Virus record (IMG/VR): IMGVR_UViG_3300044627_003100
DNA: 64,000 bases
Direction: 5' to 3' (one strand)
Origin: an uncultured virus (IMG/VR IMGVR_UViG_3300044627_003100)
Lineage: Duplodnaviria > Heunggongvirae > Uroviricota > Caudoviricetes
The notes below the pieces were generated by a model that had not been told where the DNA came from, made no database searches, and saw only the letters and a list, made by a program, of their open reading frames with translations. A program made the translations under genes and the position numbers. Shown here piece after piece: positions 1 through 10,576 of this stretch; within the stretch, counting starts at the first letter, position 1; each line of letters opens with the position of its first letter.

Positions 1-95
1 TTATTTATAAATATATGAAAAACATACACACACTCCCCACTAATAATATACTGAATTTTTTGCAGTGTAAAAAATCAACATATTAAATGTTATTA

Positions 96-314
96 TTAAG
101 ATTTTAAGGTTACATTAATTTCATTTGCTATTTGACTAGATATTTGTTCATTTGTTTGTTCCTGATTAATTGAAACATTACTACTTGATATTACACTTCT
201 TGTTATATTAAACAGTGTCCAATTAAATAGATTTAGAGAAATATAAGTTATTCCTATGTATAAAGCAACCTGCTCACCGTATATCTTTGGTTCTATTTCT
301 TTAAACTTTATCAT
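96..314 (-). CDS. Hypothetical protein (structural module)
   Basis: 72-aa ORF overlapping the stop of the upstream LamG-like gene. Confidence 0.55.
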   Translation of the reverse strand: MIKFKEIEPKIYGEQVALYIGITYISLNLFNWTLFNITRSVISSSNVSINQEQTNEQISSQIANEINVTLKS

Positions 315-1009
315 AATCCAAATCTTGATTTTTGTGCGTTAAAGTTTTGAGTAACCTCAGATGAGTTTAATATTTTATTGTAAATCATTGTTGTCGCAAG
401 ATTACCTCTCATTGAATCAGTATTACCAGTTAGTAGATTCGATCCTAATCTTGTAACTGTTCCTGATACAGAGAATGAAGAAAATGTGGTTGACCCTACA
501 AAAGCTCCATTTTTATAAACTTCAAAAACATTATTAACTTTATCTAATGTACAGGTTATATTCATCCATTGATTAAAATTATTTGTCACAAAAACAGATC
601 TTTCTACATTTAGCGTGTGATTTAAAACAATTCTATTAGATATCCACATAATGCTTGTAAAATTACTGTATTGTTGCCCTGAAAAAAACATTTCTGTATA
701 TCCATTTGGCCCAACTCCTGTCACATATAACCACTGACTAAAAGTTTGATAATTATTCAACAGTCTTGTATCTGTATTTGCAGGAAGACTGACAGAATCA
801 GCAAAACTTCCGGAAAACAAGATACTTCCTCCACCAAGACCAGAATAAGACCCTCCCGATATAGAAGAATTATATCCATTGCCACTTAAATCAGTCCACG
901 TAGCACCACTTCCCGGATATGACAATGGGTTTCCTGCATCAAGATTTAACACAAGGCCGTTTGTTACTATTCCAAGCCTTTGCACGTTATCTACTATACC
1001 TGCTTTCAT
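311..1009 (-). CDS. LamG/concanavalin A-like lectin domain protein (tail-associated)
   Basis: GLVLNLDAGNPLSYPGSGATWTDLSGNG N-terminus and IYNKILNSSEVTQNFNA C-terminus, typical of phage LamG proteins. Confidence 0.8.
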   Translation of the reverse strand: MKAGIVDNVQRLGIVTNGLVLNLDAGNPLSYPGSGATWTDLSGNGYNSSISGGSYSGLGGGSILFSGSFADSVSLPANTDTRLLNNYQTFSQWLYVTGVGPNGYTEMFFSGQQYSNFTSIMWISNRIVLNHTLNVERSVFVTNNFNQWMNITCTLDKVNNVFEVYKNGAFVGSTTFSSFSVSGTVTRLGSNLLTGNTDSMRGNLATTMIYNKILNSSEVTQNFNAQKSRFGL

Positions 1010-1011
1010 TT

Positions 1012-3672
1012 TTAAGCTACTAGATTACCAATACAATACCATTCGTTTGTTCCTATTTTAATAAGAGTTACTGCTGAATATCTCACCCCTATTTTTAAAT
1101 AACCACTTTGACTATTTATTGTTACACCACTTGTTGCTACTATTGTTGTTTGCCCTGCACCATATTGAATTACATCTATTTGTGTTCCTATTGGAAAAGC
1201 TACACTTGAATTTAAAGGAACGGTTAAGTTATTAGCAGAACCTACATTCATTTCAATTAACTTACCATTGTCTCCTAGTACAAGTGTATATGATGCAGTT
1301 TGTCTATTAGCTGTTACAGTTCCTCTAAATAATCCATTAACTGTAAGTATTTTATTTGTATTATCCCATTGATAGTCGTTACTTCCTACTACTGCTGTAG
1401 CACTTGAAAAGTATGCTATTTGATTTGCAGCACCACTTCCTGTTAAAAAAGAAATATCTGTTTGTAAATAAATATCTCCATCTACACCACCTGTTGGAGC
1501 AGAAGCACCTGATGTAATAACCTTATTGGCACCTATAGTGTTGTATGATATTGTTCTTGCTGCCGACCCATCAAAAGTAGTACTAGAAGCTGCACCTGTT
1601 CCACTATTATTAAATGTTACTGCGAATGTAGTAGTTCCTCCACCACCACCACCCGTAGAGCTAATAGTTCCACCTGATATGGTTATACCCGTTCCTGCTG
1701 TTATAACAGAGCCATCTGCTGCAAGTATTTGTGCTGCTGTTCCACCTGTTATTTTTAATGAAGTTGCTATTGCAGAACCGTTAACTTGTAGTTTATCTAC
1801 TCCGTTGTCTGATGTATTTGCTATAACTACATTACCTGATGTTCTAAATACTGTTAACAAATCAGCACTTCCGCTGTAATTTCTAATGCTCATTTTAGTT
1901 GTAGAAGCATCTGTTCTAAAAGAAAAATAAGCTACAGTCCCATCTCCAAATACTATATCGTGCTGACCTCCTAATTTTGTAAACAACACACTTGCTCCTT
2001 GCGTTTCCAATACCGCTCCTGCGCCGGGAGCTATCAACCTAAGAAGTGTGGTATTAAAAGAAGTGGAAGCGTCAACAACAAGTGCTTCTTTGTACGCAGA
2101 ACCATTGCTTGAGTAGTCCAACACAAACCTACCTGATGCTTGTCCAAACGATTCACTTGTGAGGTACATTCTCATGTCAATAGGAACAGAAGATGAACCG
2201 GGATTAGGCCATCCTGTACCCTTAAAGTGTATAGCAGGAGAAAAACCAACATTAGGGAAAACACCTGTTGCTGCTGTTGTATTTTCTAGTAAAATAGCAT
2301 CAGATACGGTGTTAACAGGAATTGCAGCTACTCTCTTGTATAATGGTGCTGTTATAGCTGTTCCATCCCAAGTTAAACTTGCACTTGCTCCAAATGCTCC
2401 ACTATTGTTGTATTGTATTTGTGTATTAGAACCTGCTGGGCTTCCTCCACCTCCACCACCTGCTGGTGCTGCCCAAACTCCATCTGCACGAAGGAAATTA
2501 GTTGTACCACCTACACTAACAGGAACTAAACCTTTTACACTTCCTGCAAATGAATCTAATAGCGTGGTTGCTTGTGTGCCTGTTAAGTCCTCAACATTAC
2601 CTGTGCCTGCGGTTACCCTACCTCTTATTCTTGCAGTTGCTATTTGGGCAAGCATAGCGTTTGTAACTACGTTAGTTCCTATTGTAGTTGTTATAGCAGT
2701 GGTTCCTGAACCTGTTACGTTTCCTGTTAATGTTATAGTTTGGTTGGCAGTGATGTATACACTGGTATCAAACACCCATGTATTAGTACCTGTTCCTGTA
2801 TATCTCAAAAATCCTGCAGATGCTCCTAATGCAGGTAGAGCCACACCTCTTAATGCTACAACAGTTAATGTTGTTGCACCTGTAGCATCACCCGTGTGTG
2901 TAGCATTAGATACCAATCCTGAATATAAAGAGTTTACAGCATTGTCTCCACTATTGGTACCACTTAAGTTAGCTACAGCTCCATTAGCTAACATAGCATT
3001 TGTAATGGCTCCGTTAGCAATAGCTGTTGTAATAGATGTTGTTCCTGATCCTGTCACCACTCCTGTAAGAGTGATTGTTTGGTTAGCTGTGAGGAATGTT
3101 GACGTAAAATATTCTAAAGCTGTACCACCTGCATTAACTCTTATGAGTTGATTTGCTGTACCTAGAGTTCCAAGACCTGTACCTCCTCTTGCCACGGCAA
3201 GTGTACCTGTCCATCCTAATGTCAAAGAAGCTGCTCTAAGTAAAGAAGTAGCTGGAGTTCCACCAAGTGTAATAGTTACGTTAGTGTCATTACTACTAGT
3301 AAGTGCAGCTCCTGTTATATCAGATCCTGCTAATGTTGCCCAAGTTGGAGCAGCAGAAGCAGATCCTGTACCAGTTTGTGATAGAAACTGTTTAGTTGTA
3401 GTGATGTTACCAGCTAGTCTTGTAACAGCACCAGAAGCTCCACCATATATAATGTCACCTAATGCAGTCATTGGGTTTGTTAGTCCAGCCCCAGCTATTG
3501 CTTGCCATAAAGTGGTTGTTCCATTATAATAAAAAAACTGCTTTGATGCATTATTATAATAAATCTGCCCATCCACTCCAGAAGCAGGAGCAGATGATCT
3601 ACTATCTAAAACAGCATTTAATAGCTGATTTTGAACTAAGTCAATATCATGTAGATATTTTTTAGATGGCAT
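1012..3672 (-). CDS. Tail fibre/spike protein
   Basis: 886 aa, G/T/A-rich; repeated ANQTITLTG.VTGSGTT.ITT, GTLAVARGGTG; C-terminal TASYTLVLGDNGKLIEMN...FPIGTQIDVIQYGAGQ domain. Confidence 0.8.
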   Translation of the reverse strand: MPSKKYLHDIDLVQNQLLNAVLDSRSSAPASGVDGQIYYNNASKQFFYYNGTTTLWQAIAGAGLTNPMTALGDIIYGGASGAVTRLAGNITTTKQFLSQTGTGSASAAPTWATLAGSDITGAALTSSNDTNVTITLGGTPATSLLRAASLTLGWTGTLAVARGGTGLGTLGTANQLIRVNAGGTALEYFTSTFLTANQTITLTGVVTGSGTTSITTAIANGAITNAMLANGAVANLSGTNSGDNAVNSLYSGLVSNATHTGDATGATTLTVVALRGVALPALGASAGFLRYTGTGTNTWVFDTSVYITANQTITLTGNVTGSGTTAITTTIGTNVVTNAMLAQIATARIRGRVTAGTGNVEDLTGTQATTLLDSFAGSVKGLVPVSVGGTTNFLRADGVWAAPAGGGGGGSPAGSNTQIQYNNSGAFGASASLTWDGTAITAPLYKRVAAIPVNTVSDAILLENTTAATGVFPNVGFSPAIHFKGTGWPNPGSSSVPIDMRMYLTSESFGQASGRFVLDYSSNGSAYKEALVVDASTSFNTTLLRLIAPGAGAVLETQGASVLFTKLGGQHDIVFGDGTVAYFSFRTDASTTKMSIRNYSGSADLLTVFRTSGNVVIANTSDNGVDKLQVNGSAIATSLKITGGTAAQILAADGSVITAGTGITISGGTISSTGGGGGGTTTFAVTFNNSGTGAASSTTFDGSAARTISYNTIGANKVITSGASAPTGGVDGDIYLQTDISFLTGSGAANQIAYFSSATAVVGSNDYQWDNTNKILTVNGLFRGTVTANRQTASYTLVLGDNGKLIEMNVGSANNLTVPLNSSVAFPIGTQIDVIQYGAGQTTIVATSGVTINSQSGYLKIGVRYSAVTLIKIGTNEWYCIGNLVA

Positions 3673-3673
3673 C

Positions 3674-4264
3674 TTAAGTTAAATATGCTGTTCCAGAAAC
3701 AGATTGAGAAAAAGTTAATACCAATGTTGTTGTTGTAGCAGAGGTTACAGAACCAATAATTTCTACACCAGACCCGTCTAATACAAATACATTTGGAATA
3801 AAACCTAAATTGTGAGTTATATTCCAAGTGGTTGCAGCAACAGATTGTGTATGAATATAATCAGCAGTTCCTCCACCAATATTTACAGTGGGGTTTAGAT
3901 TAATTCTAGTTATACAACCACCACTATTAACATCAATAATATTCTGTGTTCCACCTGGATAGGTATATCCTAAAGATAGTGCTGCAGGAGAACATTGAGA
4001 AGAACCTCCAGACTCAATAGCTCCGGAAGTATTCACTTCATAAGTAACTGGAAGCCAAGTGTTATATTGTATAGAAGCAGTTGTTAAAGCATCATTATCT
4101 TCATTAAGTTGCCAACTAACAATTTGCTTTCTTATAACAGCTTGATCATAAGAAGACTTTGTTTTACAACTATTAATTCCATATCTTATGGACTTAAATA
4201 ATTGTTCCACAGCATTAGCATATGTCTTATTATGCCCTATTACATTAGGAAGTAAATTTCTCAT
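3674..4264 (-). CDS. Putative virion structural protein
   Basis: C-terminal HTQSVAATTWNITHNLGFIPNV motif seen in phage tail proteins; position in structural block. Confidence 0.6.
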   Translation of the reverse strand: MRNLLPNVIGHNKTYANAVEQLFKSIRYGINSCKTKSSYDQAVIRKQIVSWQLNEDNDALTTASIQYNTWLPVTYEVNTSGAIESGGSSQCSPAALSLGYTYPGGTQNIIDVNSGGCITRINLNPTVNIGGGTADYIHTQSVAATTWNITHNLGFIPNVFVLDGSGVEIIGSVTSATTTTLVLTFSQSVSGTAYLT

Positions 4265-4269
4265 TATTA

Positions 4270-4407
4270 TTATTGAGTATTTATATTATTTTGTAATAAT
4301 TGTTCATAAATAGGAACGCAACTAGCACAAAGTTTTGTACCATCTGAGGCAACTCTTATTTGACATGAACAAGTGAAAGGAGATTTGCAATATGAACACT
4401 GTCCCAT
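4270..4407 (-). CDS. Small Cys-rich (Zn-finger-like) protein, not in ORF track
   Basis: MGQCSYCKSPFTCSCQIRVASDGTKLCASCVPIYEQLLQNNINTQ; CxxC, CxC, CxxC; fills the gap between neighbours. Confidence 0.65.
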   Translation of the reverse strand: MGQCSYCKSPFTCSCQIRVASDGTKLCASCVPIYEQLLQNNINTQ

Positions 4408-4423
4408 AAAATTGGTTTTTTTA

Positions 4424-4966
4424 TTAATTACAAGAATCAACTAATTTAAGAAGTCTTTTTTGAGCATATATTAACATATCCATTCCTGTTTCTAAATCAG
4501 CACAATATTCCACCTTTGCTTTGGCACCATCAATAAAATTCTTAATTAAAGAAAGTTCTTTTAATTGTTCTTTTACATCAGCATCTGGTTCACAAGCAGA
4601 CATTTCAAGTTTACACAATTCTTTATAATAAAGATTGTTAGTTTGAGTTATTCTCAAATGATCATACTCAACATAAACTACAGAATTAGGAGAAACAGAA
4701 AAACGAATTGTATACACACCATCTGGTAAAACTTGAGCATTCTCACAACCAGAACTTTGTATACCTAATGTACATGCATTTAATATTAAATTAAAGCCAC
4801 TTTGCACATCTATATTTACAGGTTGACTAAACCCGGGAGAAGTAATTTGTAAAAGACCACAATCTACAGGAATATTATCACTGTAGGTGCTAGTATCAGC
4901 CACTCTAAACACCTTTGTATTATTAGTCTCTAGTATTTCTAAACTTAACTGATGTTTACTAGCCAT
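4424..4966 (-). CDS. Putative virion structural protein
   Basis: 180 aa with LPDGVYTIRFSV motif; position in crAss-like structural block. Confidence 0.55.
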   Translation of the reverse strand: MASKHQLSLEILETNNTKVFRVADTSTYSDNIPVDCGLLQITSPGFSQPVNIDVQSGFNLILNACTLGIQSSGCENAQVLPDGVYTIRFSVSPNSVVYVEYDHLRITQTNNLYYKELCKLEMSACEPDADVKEQLKELSLIKNFIDGAKAKVEYCADLETGMDMLIYAQKRLLKLVDSCN

Positions 4967-5106
4967 TGATATAAACTTTTATAATTTATTATAATTTTAA
5001 ATACAACTCCTCAATATTAATTTACTGAATTTTTACCACTTTTCCAAAAACAAAAAGGGAGGTGCACAACTGTACACTCTCCCTGATTGTTATAGGATTA
5101 AATTGC

Positions 5107-6588
5107 TTAATAAGTTTCTAAAGCAATGGTGTTAGCACCCTGAGCAGCGTTTGCGGCAGTAACGAAATAGTTAGTAATAGCAGTGGTAGCTGTACCGGCC
5201 GTTACATTAAATACTAAAGCATATTGATCATTATCATAAGTTCCGTTAGGATTGTTCCAACGAGGAACGTTATGAAGAACAATTACTTTATCATATAAAG
5301 CACTACGTGTAACTTGAGCTAACATAGGATCTGCTTCAATCTCACGCATACGCAGATGTTCCACTCTAGAACTATCAGGATAGGCATTCTGAAGATAACG
5401 TCCGTCCAAAATCAATTCACGTAATAAGGTTTCACCCAGTCCAGAAACTTGCTGAACAGCTTGAATCTCAATACCATGGCTAGATAAATAAGGATTGGCA
5501 GCAGTGATAGCAGCAGTATTTGCTACAAAAGGAGCAGAAATACATACGTCACCACTCTCGTCAATTACAGAAAGATATGCTACCAAAGGTTCCAGTTCAT
5601 ACTTATCAGTAGGAGTGAAAGTACATGCACCAAAAGTAGTTTCTACAAAACCAAGTGTTAATTCAATATGAGGCTGCTGAGTGTAGGTGAAACTAGCTGC
5701 ATCAGCATCTGCTGAGTAAGCAGTAGAAGTTAAACCAGTTGCTACACTTGTACCAGGAATAAGAGCTACTGTACCAGCTTCAGTGTATACATCACTAAAA
5801 AACTGCATAGATACAGCCGCACCAATAGTAGGAGCTACAGCTTGTGCAGGAAATTTAACAACAATACTTGTATTAGCAGTTACAGTGGTTACAAAGCTAT
5901 TAGCAGGAATACCAGTACCGATAACTTTTTGACCCACTACAACACCAGTGGTACTAGTCATAGGAATAGTAGCCTGAAGAGTAGTTACACCAGTAGCAGC
6001 ACCTGTAGCAGAAAGTACAGTTACATACTTATACACACGAGCCTTAACCATTTGATCAAACAAAGGATAGGTGTTAATTTGATCTTTCCATGCTAACAAA
6101 GCCATCACTGGATCTTTTTTATGTGTAGCAGTAGTTGTATTTACACAACCAGACCAATAATCAACAACTCTATACAATTGATGACTTAAATACCGTAATG
6201 CAGGAGAACCTTTAAGATCTATACGAAGTCTGTAAGTTTCATCAGCTGTAAGACCTACACCATTTGCACTTACACGTACAACTTGGTTAATAGCACTTTT
6301 TGATGGAATTCTAATTACACGACTAATAAACTTAGGGTTTACCAGCTTAGATTTAACGGATTCTTTATATCCGCCATGAACACCAATTTTGTCATTCGTG
6401 AAATAAGATCCTTGAATAACAAAAAAAGGAGTTACACCAGCAGCAACAGTTGCAAGTGTAGAGTTAGTAGCACTAGTGGGAGCATACATACCAAGTTGTC
6501 CTGCAGTGAGGGCATTAGTAGCTACGCCTGATGCTAGAGTACCAGAGGAAACCAAGAAAGATTTCCTAAACGCGTGTGGAAAATACAT
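5107..6588 (-). CDS. Putative structural (auxiliary capsid/tail) protein
   Basis: 493 aa, A/T/V-rich; downstream of the MCP block. Confidence 0.6.
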   Translation of the reverse strand: MYFPHAFRKSFLVSSGTLASGVATNALTAGQLGMYAPTSATNSTLATVAAGVTPFFVIQGSYFTNDKIGVHGGYKESVKSKLVNPKFISRVIRIPSKSAINQVVRVSANGVGLTADETYRLRIDLKGSPALRYLSHQLYRVVDYWSGCVNTTTATHKKDPVMALLAWKDQINTYPLFDQMVKARVYKYVTVLSATGAATGVTTLQATIPMTSTTGVVVGQKVIGTGIPANSFVTTVTANTSIVVKFPAQAVAPTIGAAVSMQFFSDVYTEAGTVALIPGTSVATGLTSTAYSADADAASFTYTQQPHIELTLGFVETTFGACTFTPTDKYELEPLVAYLSVIDESGDVCISAPFVANTAAITAANPYLSSHGIEIQAVQQVSGLGETLLRELILDGRYLQNAYPDSSRVEHLRMREIEADPMLAQVTRSALYDKVIVLHNVPRWNNPNGTYDNDQYALVFNVTAGTATTAITNYFVTAANAAQGANTIALETY

Positions 6589-6630
6589 AGGATTTGAATT
6601 TTTGGGTTATAAAATATACAATAAAAAAAA

Positions 6631-7059
6631 TTATTTAAGAAAAAGTAGTTTATATTTAATACTGTTAATTGTGCTTTTTACATTATCAAGATCATTACTT
6701 ATTTCACTGTAAGGCATAATAGACTGTAAAGAGTTTATCATACTTGTCATAGTTCTTAAATAAGCTAATGCTTCTTGAACTGAGTTTAAATTAGTAGGAG
6801 CTACATCACCGCTATATTCCAAAAGTTTTTCAGAAGCTCCTTGAAAACCCTCAGCAAGTGTATCAGCATGTCCTGGAAGAGCGTCATATAGTTCATTAAG
6901 AGCTTTATGACTAGAAAAAGAACCTACACCTGTCACTTTTAAATGAAGCTTATGAAAACTTGCAGAAGCATTCATAAGTTCAGTTACACAAGCTGCAGTT
7001 TTAGCTTCTACAGATGTTCCTGCTGCATTTGATGTACCAGGTCTTTGTAACTTTTGCAT
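6631..7059 (-). CDS. Ferritin/Dps-like four-helix protein
   Basis: FHKLHLKVTGVGSFSSHKALNELYD...DTLAE Dps-like motif; ends KYKLLFLK. Confidence 0.7.
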   Translation of the reverse strand: MQKLQRPGTSNAAGTSVEAKTAACVTELMNASASFHKLHLKVTGVGSFSSHKALNELYDALPGHADTLAEGFQGASEKLLEYSGDVAPTNLNSVQEALAYLRTMTSMINSLQSIMPYSEISNDLDNVKSTINSIKYKLLFLK

Positions 7060-7760
7060 TAACTATTTTTTACACTATTTTGTAAGTTTCTTTGATATTG
7101 ATTCATACTTTCTATGTCACCAGCAAGTATTGAAGCTGCTTCATCAACAAGTATTTCACAGATGTCCTCTTTAAGTTCACAATCCACATTTGTAGTGTAA
7201 ACAGATCCCGTACTAGGATTTACACAATTTATAAACTGAATATCTTTTGGTTTTCTATAGTAGACAAGACTTACATTTTCTACATCAAATAAATTATTTG
7301 TATAGATTTTTATTTTATCTGCACCCACTGTACAAAAGGTTTCAGCCCATTCAAATGAAGGACCTTTAAAATCATCTGATAAAAGAATATCTACGTTAGC
7401 TTCTTCCACCTGATATATAGAAAGACTCACACTTGGACAACAACTTGTCTTTGCAAAACCACTCACTCTTACAAAATGCAAGTAGTTAGAAGGAATAACT
7501 TCTGTTTCGTAATAGTTATTATTCTCTGTTGATTTTAATGTAACAGTATTTAAAAGAACTTGTAAATCATCTATTGTGTTAATACTCTGTTCAGCTGCTT
7601 CTTTTTTAGAATTTAACCCATGAAGTTGTCTGCGAGTCCATTCAATTTGTGCTTTATTAAAAGCTTCTTGAATTTGCCAACATTCAATGTTATCATAATC
7701 AAGACTAGCAAGTTTATTTAAACGTTGTTTAATTTTAATTTGTAACAGGTTATTATTCAT
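7059..7760 (-). CDS. Conserved crAss-like structural protein (ring/adaptor-like)
   Basis: KQRLNKLASLDYDNI...FNKAQ, VYYRKP, EILVDEAASILAG; gene order. Confidence 0.65.
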   Translation of the reverse strand: MNNNLLQIKIKQRLNKLASLDYDNIECWQIQEAFNKAQIEWTRRQLHGLNSKKEAAEQSINTIDDLQVLLNTVTLKSTENNNYYETEVIPSNYLHFVRVSGFAKTSCCPSVSLSIYQVEEANVDILLSDDFKGPSFEWAETFCTVGADKIKIYTNNLFDVENVSLVYYRKPKDIQFINCVNPSTGSVYTTNVDCELKEDICEILVDEAASILAGDIESMNQYQRNLQNSVKNS

Positions 7761-7765
7761 AGGTC

Positions 7766-8782
7766 TTAAGCATTCCAGTATTTCTCAACCTTCTTAGTGA
7801 GATCTATTAAAATTTCTTCATTAAGAGGGTTTTTAAGATATTCAGCAACATCAGAAAGATTTCTTCCGAGCATTGTTGATGTTTGCATATGATAGATAAA
7901 ACCATCTCCTTTTGTAGCAATAAACTTATAATAAGAACTATCTTTAACTATTGCTTTGATTTTTAAAGACTCCATATCTAAACCTGCAGCGTCTAAAAAT
8001 CTTTGAGCAGTTTTACGTTTATCCTTTTCTATAAGTTCACCATTGATATACTTATCCATATTATCATAGATGATATCATTTGGTGTAGACTTCTTATATT
8101 GAGCACTGTTAGGATCTAACAATTTTGCTACATATAAAAGTTTATTTTGATTTTTGTCAAACAACTTTTGAAGTTCAGATAAAGCTTTGTTACGCAATTT
8201 CTTCACTTCAGTTTGTATAGAAGCTGTTTGTTCAAGTTTATCAAGATAGAATTTAGGAGAAACAGCCATTTTTCTAGCTTCTTCTAAACTTTTTGATACT
8301 ATTGAGAAACCACCTGCTTCTATAGCATATAATCTAATCAGATCATAAGGATCAGTATCAGGTTCTAAATACACAGGTTCATTACCACATCTAATTTTAA
8401 TCTTATCCCAAAACTCAAAATTATCTGGTTTAAGCAGTTTAACCTTATTCCAAAATTGTTCATCACTAGGATCAACTACATTAGAAGCAAGTTCTTTTTC
8501 AAGTTGAGACACAACAACTTTAATCTGTTTAATCTTTGCTTCTTGTTCATCTAAAGGAAGTTCTCTTATATCAGGAGAAAACTCATTAAGACCTGTTACA
8601 TAACGTTTAATACCGTTAATTTCTAAACAAGCTAATTGTTCCTCATGAAAAGCACCATCAAAAAGACTAAGTCCATATTTTTGTAATCCCATATTTTCAA
8701 TAACAGGATTAAAATAAGGACGAATAGCAATACTAGATTTCTTGTTCTGTGGATACTTTTCCACAATAGTCACACTACTCAT
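7766..8782 (-). CDS. Conserved crAss-like protein downstream of MCP
   Basis: 338 aa; position; C-terminal LGRNLSDVAEYLKNPLNEEIL. Confidence 0.6.
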   Translation of the reverse strand: MSSVTIVEKYPQNKKSSIAIRPYFNPVIENMGLQKYGLSLFDGAFHEEQLACLEINGIKRYVTGLNEFSPDIRELPLDEQEAKIKQIKVVVSQLEKELASNVVDPSDEQFWNKVKLLKPDNFEFWDKIKIRCGNEPVYLEPDTDPYDLIRLYAIEAGGFSIVSKSLEEARKMAVSPKFYLDKLEQTASIQTEVKKLRNKALSELQKLFDKNQNKLLYVAKLLDPNSAQYKKSTPNDIIYDNMDKYINGELIEKDKRKTAQRFLDAAGLDMESLKIKAIVKDSSYYKFIATKGDGFIYHMQTSTMLGRNLSDVAEYLKNPLNEEILIDLTKKVEKYWNA

Positions 8783-8924
8783 GTTTGGTTTTTTTTATTT
8801 TAAACTGTCCGTAATTTGCGGACAATTGACCTGGTGAAGAGTTACGAGCTCTTCGTGGACGTATCCACCAGGTTATAATTTTGTAAATTAGAAGAAGTTA
8901 CGGCTTCTTATAATTTACAGGAGA

Positions 8925-10544
8925 TTAGAATGAACCACCAGTTACAGGATTTCTCATAACAATCTTTAACACCTTGGTTGGATCTTTAACCCAAATAGCT
9001 GGCATTGTTTGTGTCATGAATACACGATATCCGTTGAAGTTTCCAGAAGACTGGAATCCTTGACTACGTCCCATGTAATCCATAGTACCATTTTGATAGA
9101 ACCATTTCAATTGATTATCCCAAGATAATTTCAACAAGAAGATGTTGTCATTAGTATTCTCAGTGATATCAAATATGATGAAGTTGTAGCTAGACAGAGG
9201 GAAACCATCTATAATAGGATTCTCAATATCATTAGTATGAATATTATCAAACGCTGGGTTCAATACAAACTTAACATTAGCCAAGAACGGAATAACGTAT
9301 TGAGTGTAAGCAAAACCAAAGTTCAGATCCATACCTTTACCTGTGATGGCACCCACCTCAGAAGCATTAATAACAAGACCTGAGTTGATAGCTTCACGCT
9401 TAATGGCTTCATTTACAAGACGCATACCACCCATACCAGTTTGTACAACCAGTGAACGTTTAGGATCTGGTCCTTTAAATTCAACCTTACCATTAAAGAA
9501 GTTGAAGATTTCAGATTTGAAAAGATCTAAGTTAAAAGAAGCTTTGTTATAAACACGTTTGAAAGAGTTATCAAGTTGTTTCCAAAGACCTACAGATAAT
9601 CTGATATCATCTGGACCATCTTGCTTCACCTTTCCACCCTGTCCCCACATTAAGTAGTTCTCAATGTCATTAGCAATCTTGGTCAGATGTGCAGACTCAA
9701 GAGCAGTGAGGAAAGAACGAGTGAGTTGTCCAGAAGCATAAGCTTTCTTAACATAGTCTTTACCCATTTTAGAAGCAATATCTTCTAAACTATTTAAAGA
9801 AGGATCAACATTTTTGTCAAAGTTTCTCCACAATTCAATAACAGGTACAGTACCATCAGCACGAAGACCACCTTTTAACATCAAGTCTGCACGAGAGCTA
9901 ATAGAATAGTGTACGTGAGCTTCAGCACCACCAACGTAGTTATAAAATTCACGGAAACCACCATTCACACTACCAAGATCAGAAAAACGCTCACCATATT
10001 CACCACGAGCAGAACTCTTACGGAAGAATTTAGTTCCCACTTTTAAGTAACGGTTCTCTAAGAAACGAGTGCTATCACTATTTACAAGTTGTACAGTGTA
10101 AATGAAACCATCACCAGCAGGTATGATATCATCTGCAGTGACATACATTTCAACTCCATTATACTTGTCATAAGTGATAATGTCACCATTACCAAAAGAA
10201 CGTTTGTTAATTTTAATCTTGAAAGATTGACCATCAAGACCTTTAGTGGTGTTTGCAGATTCAACATCTTCTAAAATATAAGGAAGATCTTGAGCAACAG
10301 GAACTTGCCACTTGTATTCACCACGGTTGTTATCAACCATAATGACGTTCTTTCCACCAAAACTGGACATTTGATATAAAGGCATTTCTACCTTCTGTGC
10401 CATAGCCCACAGATCAACAGGACCTAAGTCAGTTGGTTCTGCACTCTTAAGCAGATTTGAAAGGTGATAAGAATCTACGTGAGAGCTAGTTTGGTAGCTG
10501 GTATCCCGTAGGAAAATACCATTGTTTAAACTTGGGGTAGGCAT
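8925..10544 (-). CDS. Major capsid protein
   Basis: 539 aa; gene order TerL-portal-acidic protein-MCP; C-terminal TMPAIWVKDPTKVLKI. Confidence 0.8.
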   Translation of the reverse strand: MPTPSLNNGIFLRDTSYQTSSHVDSYHLSNLLKSAEPTDLGPVDLWAMAQKVEMPLYQMSSFGGKNVIMVDNNRGEYKWQVPVAQDLPYILEDVESANTTKGLDGQSFKIKINKRSFGNGDIITYDKYNGVEMYVTADDIIPAGDGFIYTVQLVNSDSTRFLENRYLKVGTKFFRKSSARGEYGERFSDLGSVNGGFREFYNYVGGAEAHVHYSISSRADLMLKGGLRADGTVPVIELWRNFDKNVDPSLNSLEDIASKMGKDYVKKAYASGQLTRSFLTALESAHLTKIANDIENYLMWGQGGKVKQDGPDDIRLSVGLWKQLDNSFKRVYNKASFNLDLFKSEIFNFFNGKVEFKGPDPKRSLVVQTGMGGMRLVNEAIKREAINSGLVINASEVGAITGKGMDLNFGFAYTQYVIPFLANVKFVLNPAFDNIHTNDIENPIIDGFPLSSYNFIIFDITENTNDNIFLLKLSWDNQLKWFYQNGTMDYMGRSQGFQSSGNFNGYRVFMTQTMPAIWVKDPTKVLKIVMRNPVTGGSF

Positions 10545-10576
10545 AGTAAATCGGATTTTAGATTAAATAAAATATT

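Noticed and set aside
1526..3665. Long + strand ORFs (e.g. 2159-3151, 330 aa)
   Set aside because: Antisense shadows of the G/T/A-rich tail fibre gene; P/V/A-biased with no recognisable motif.
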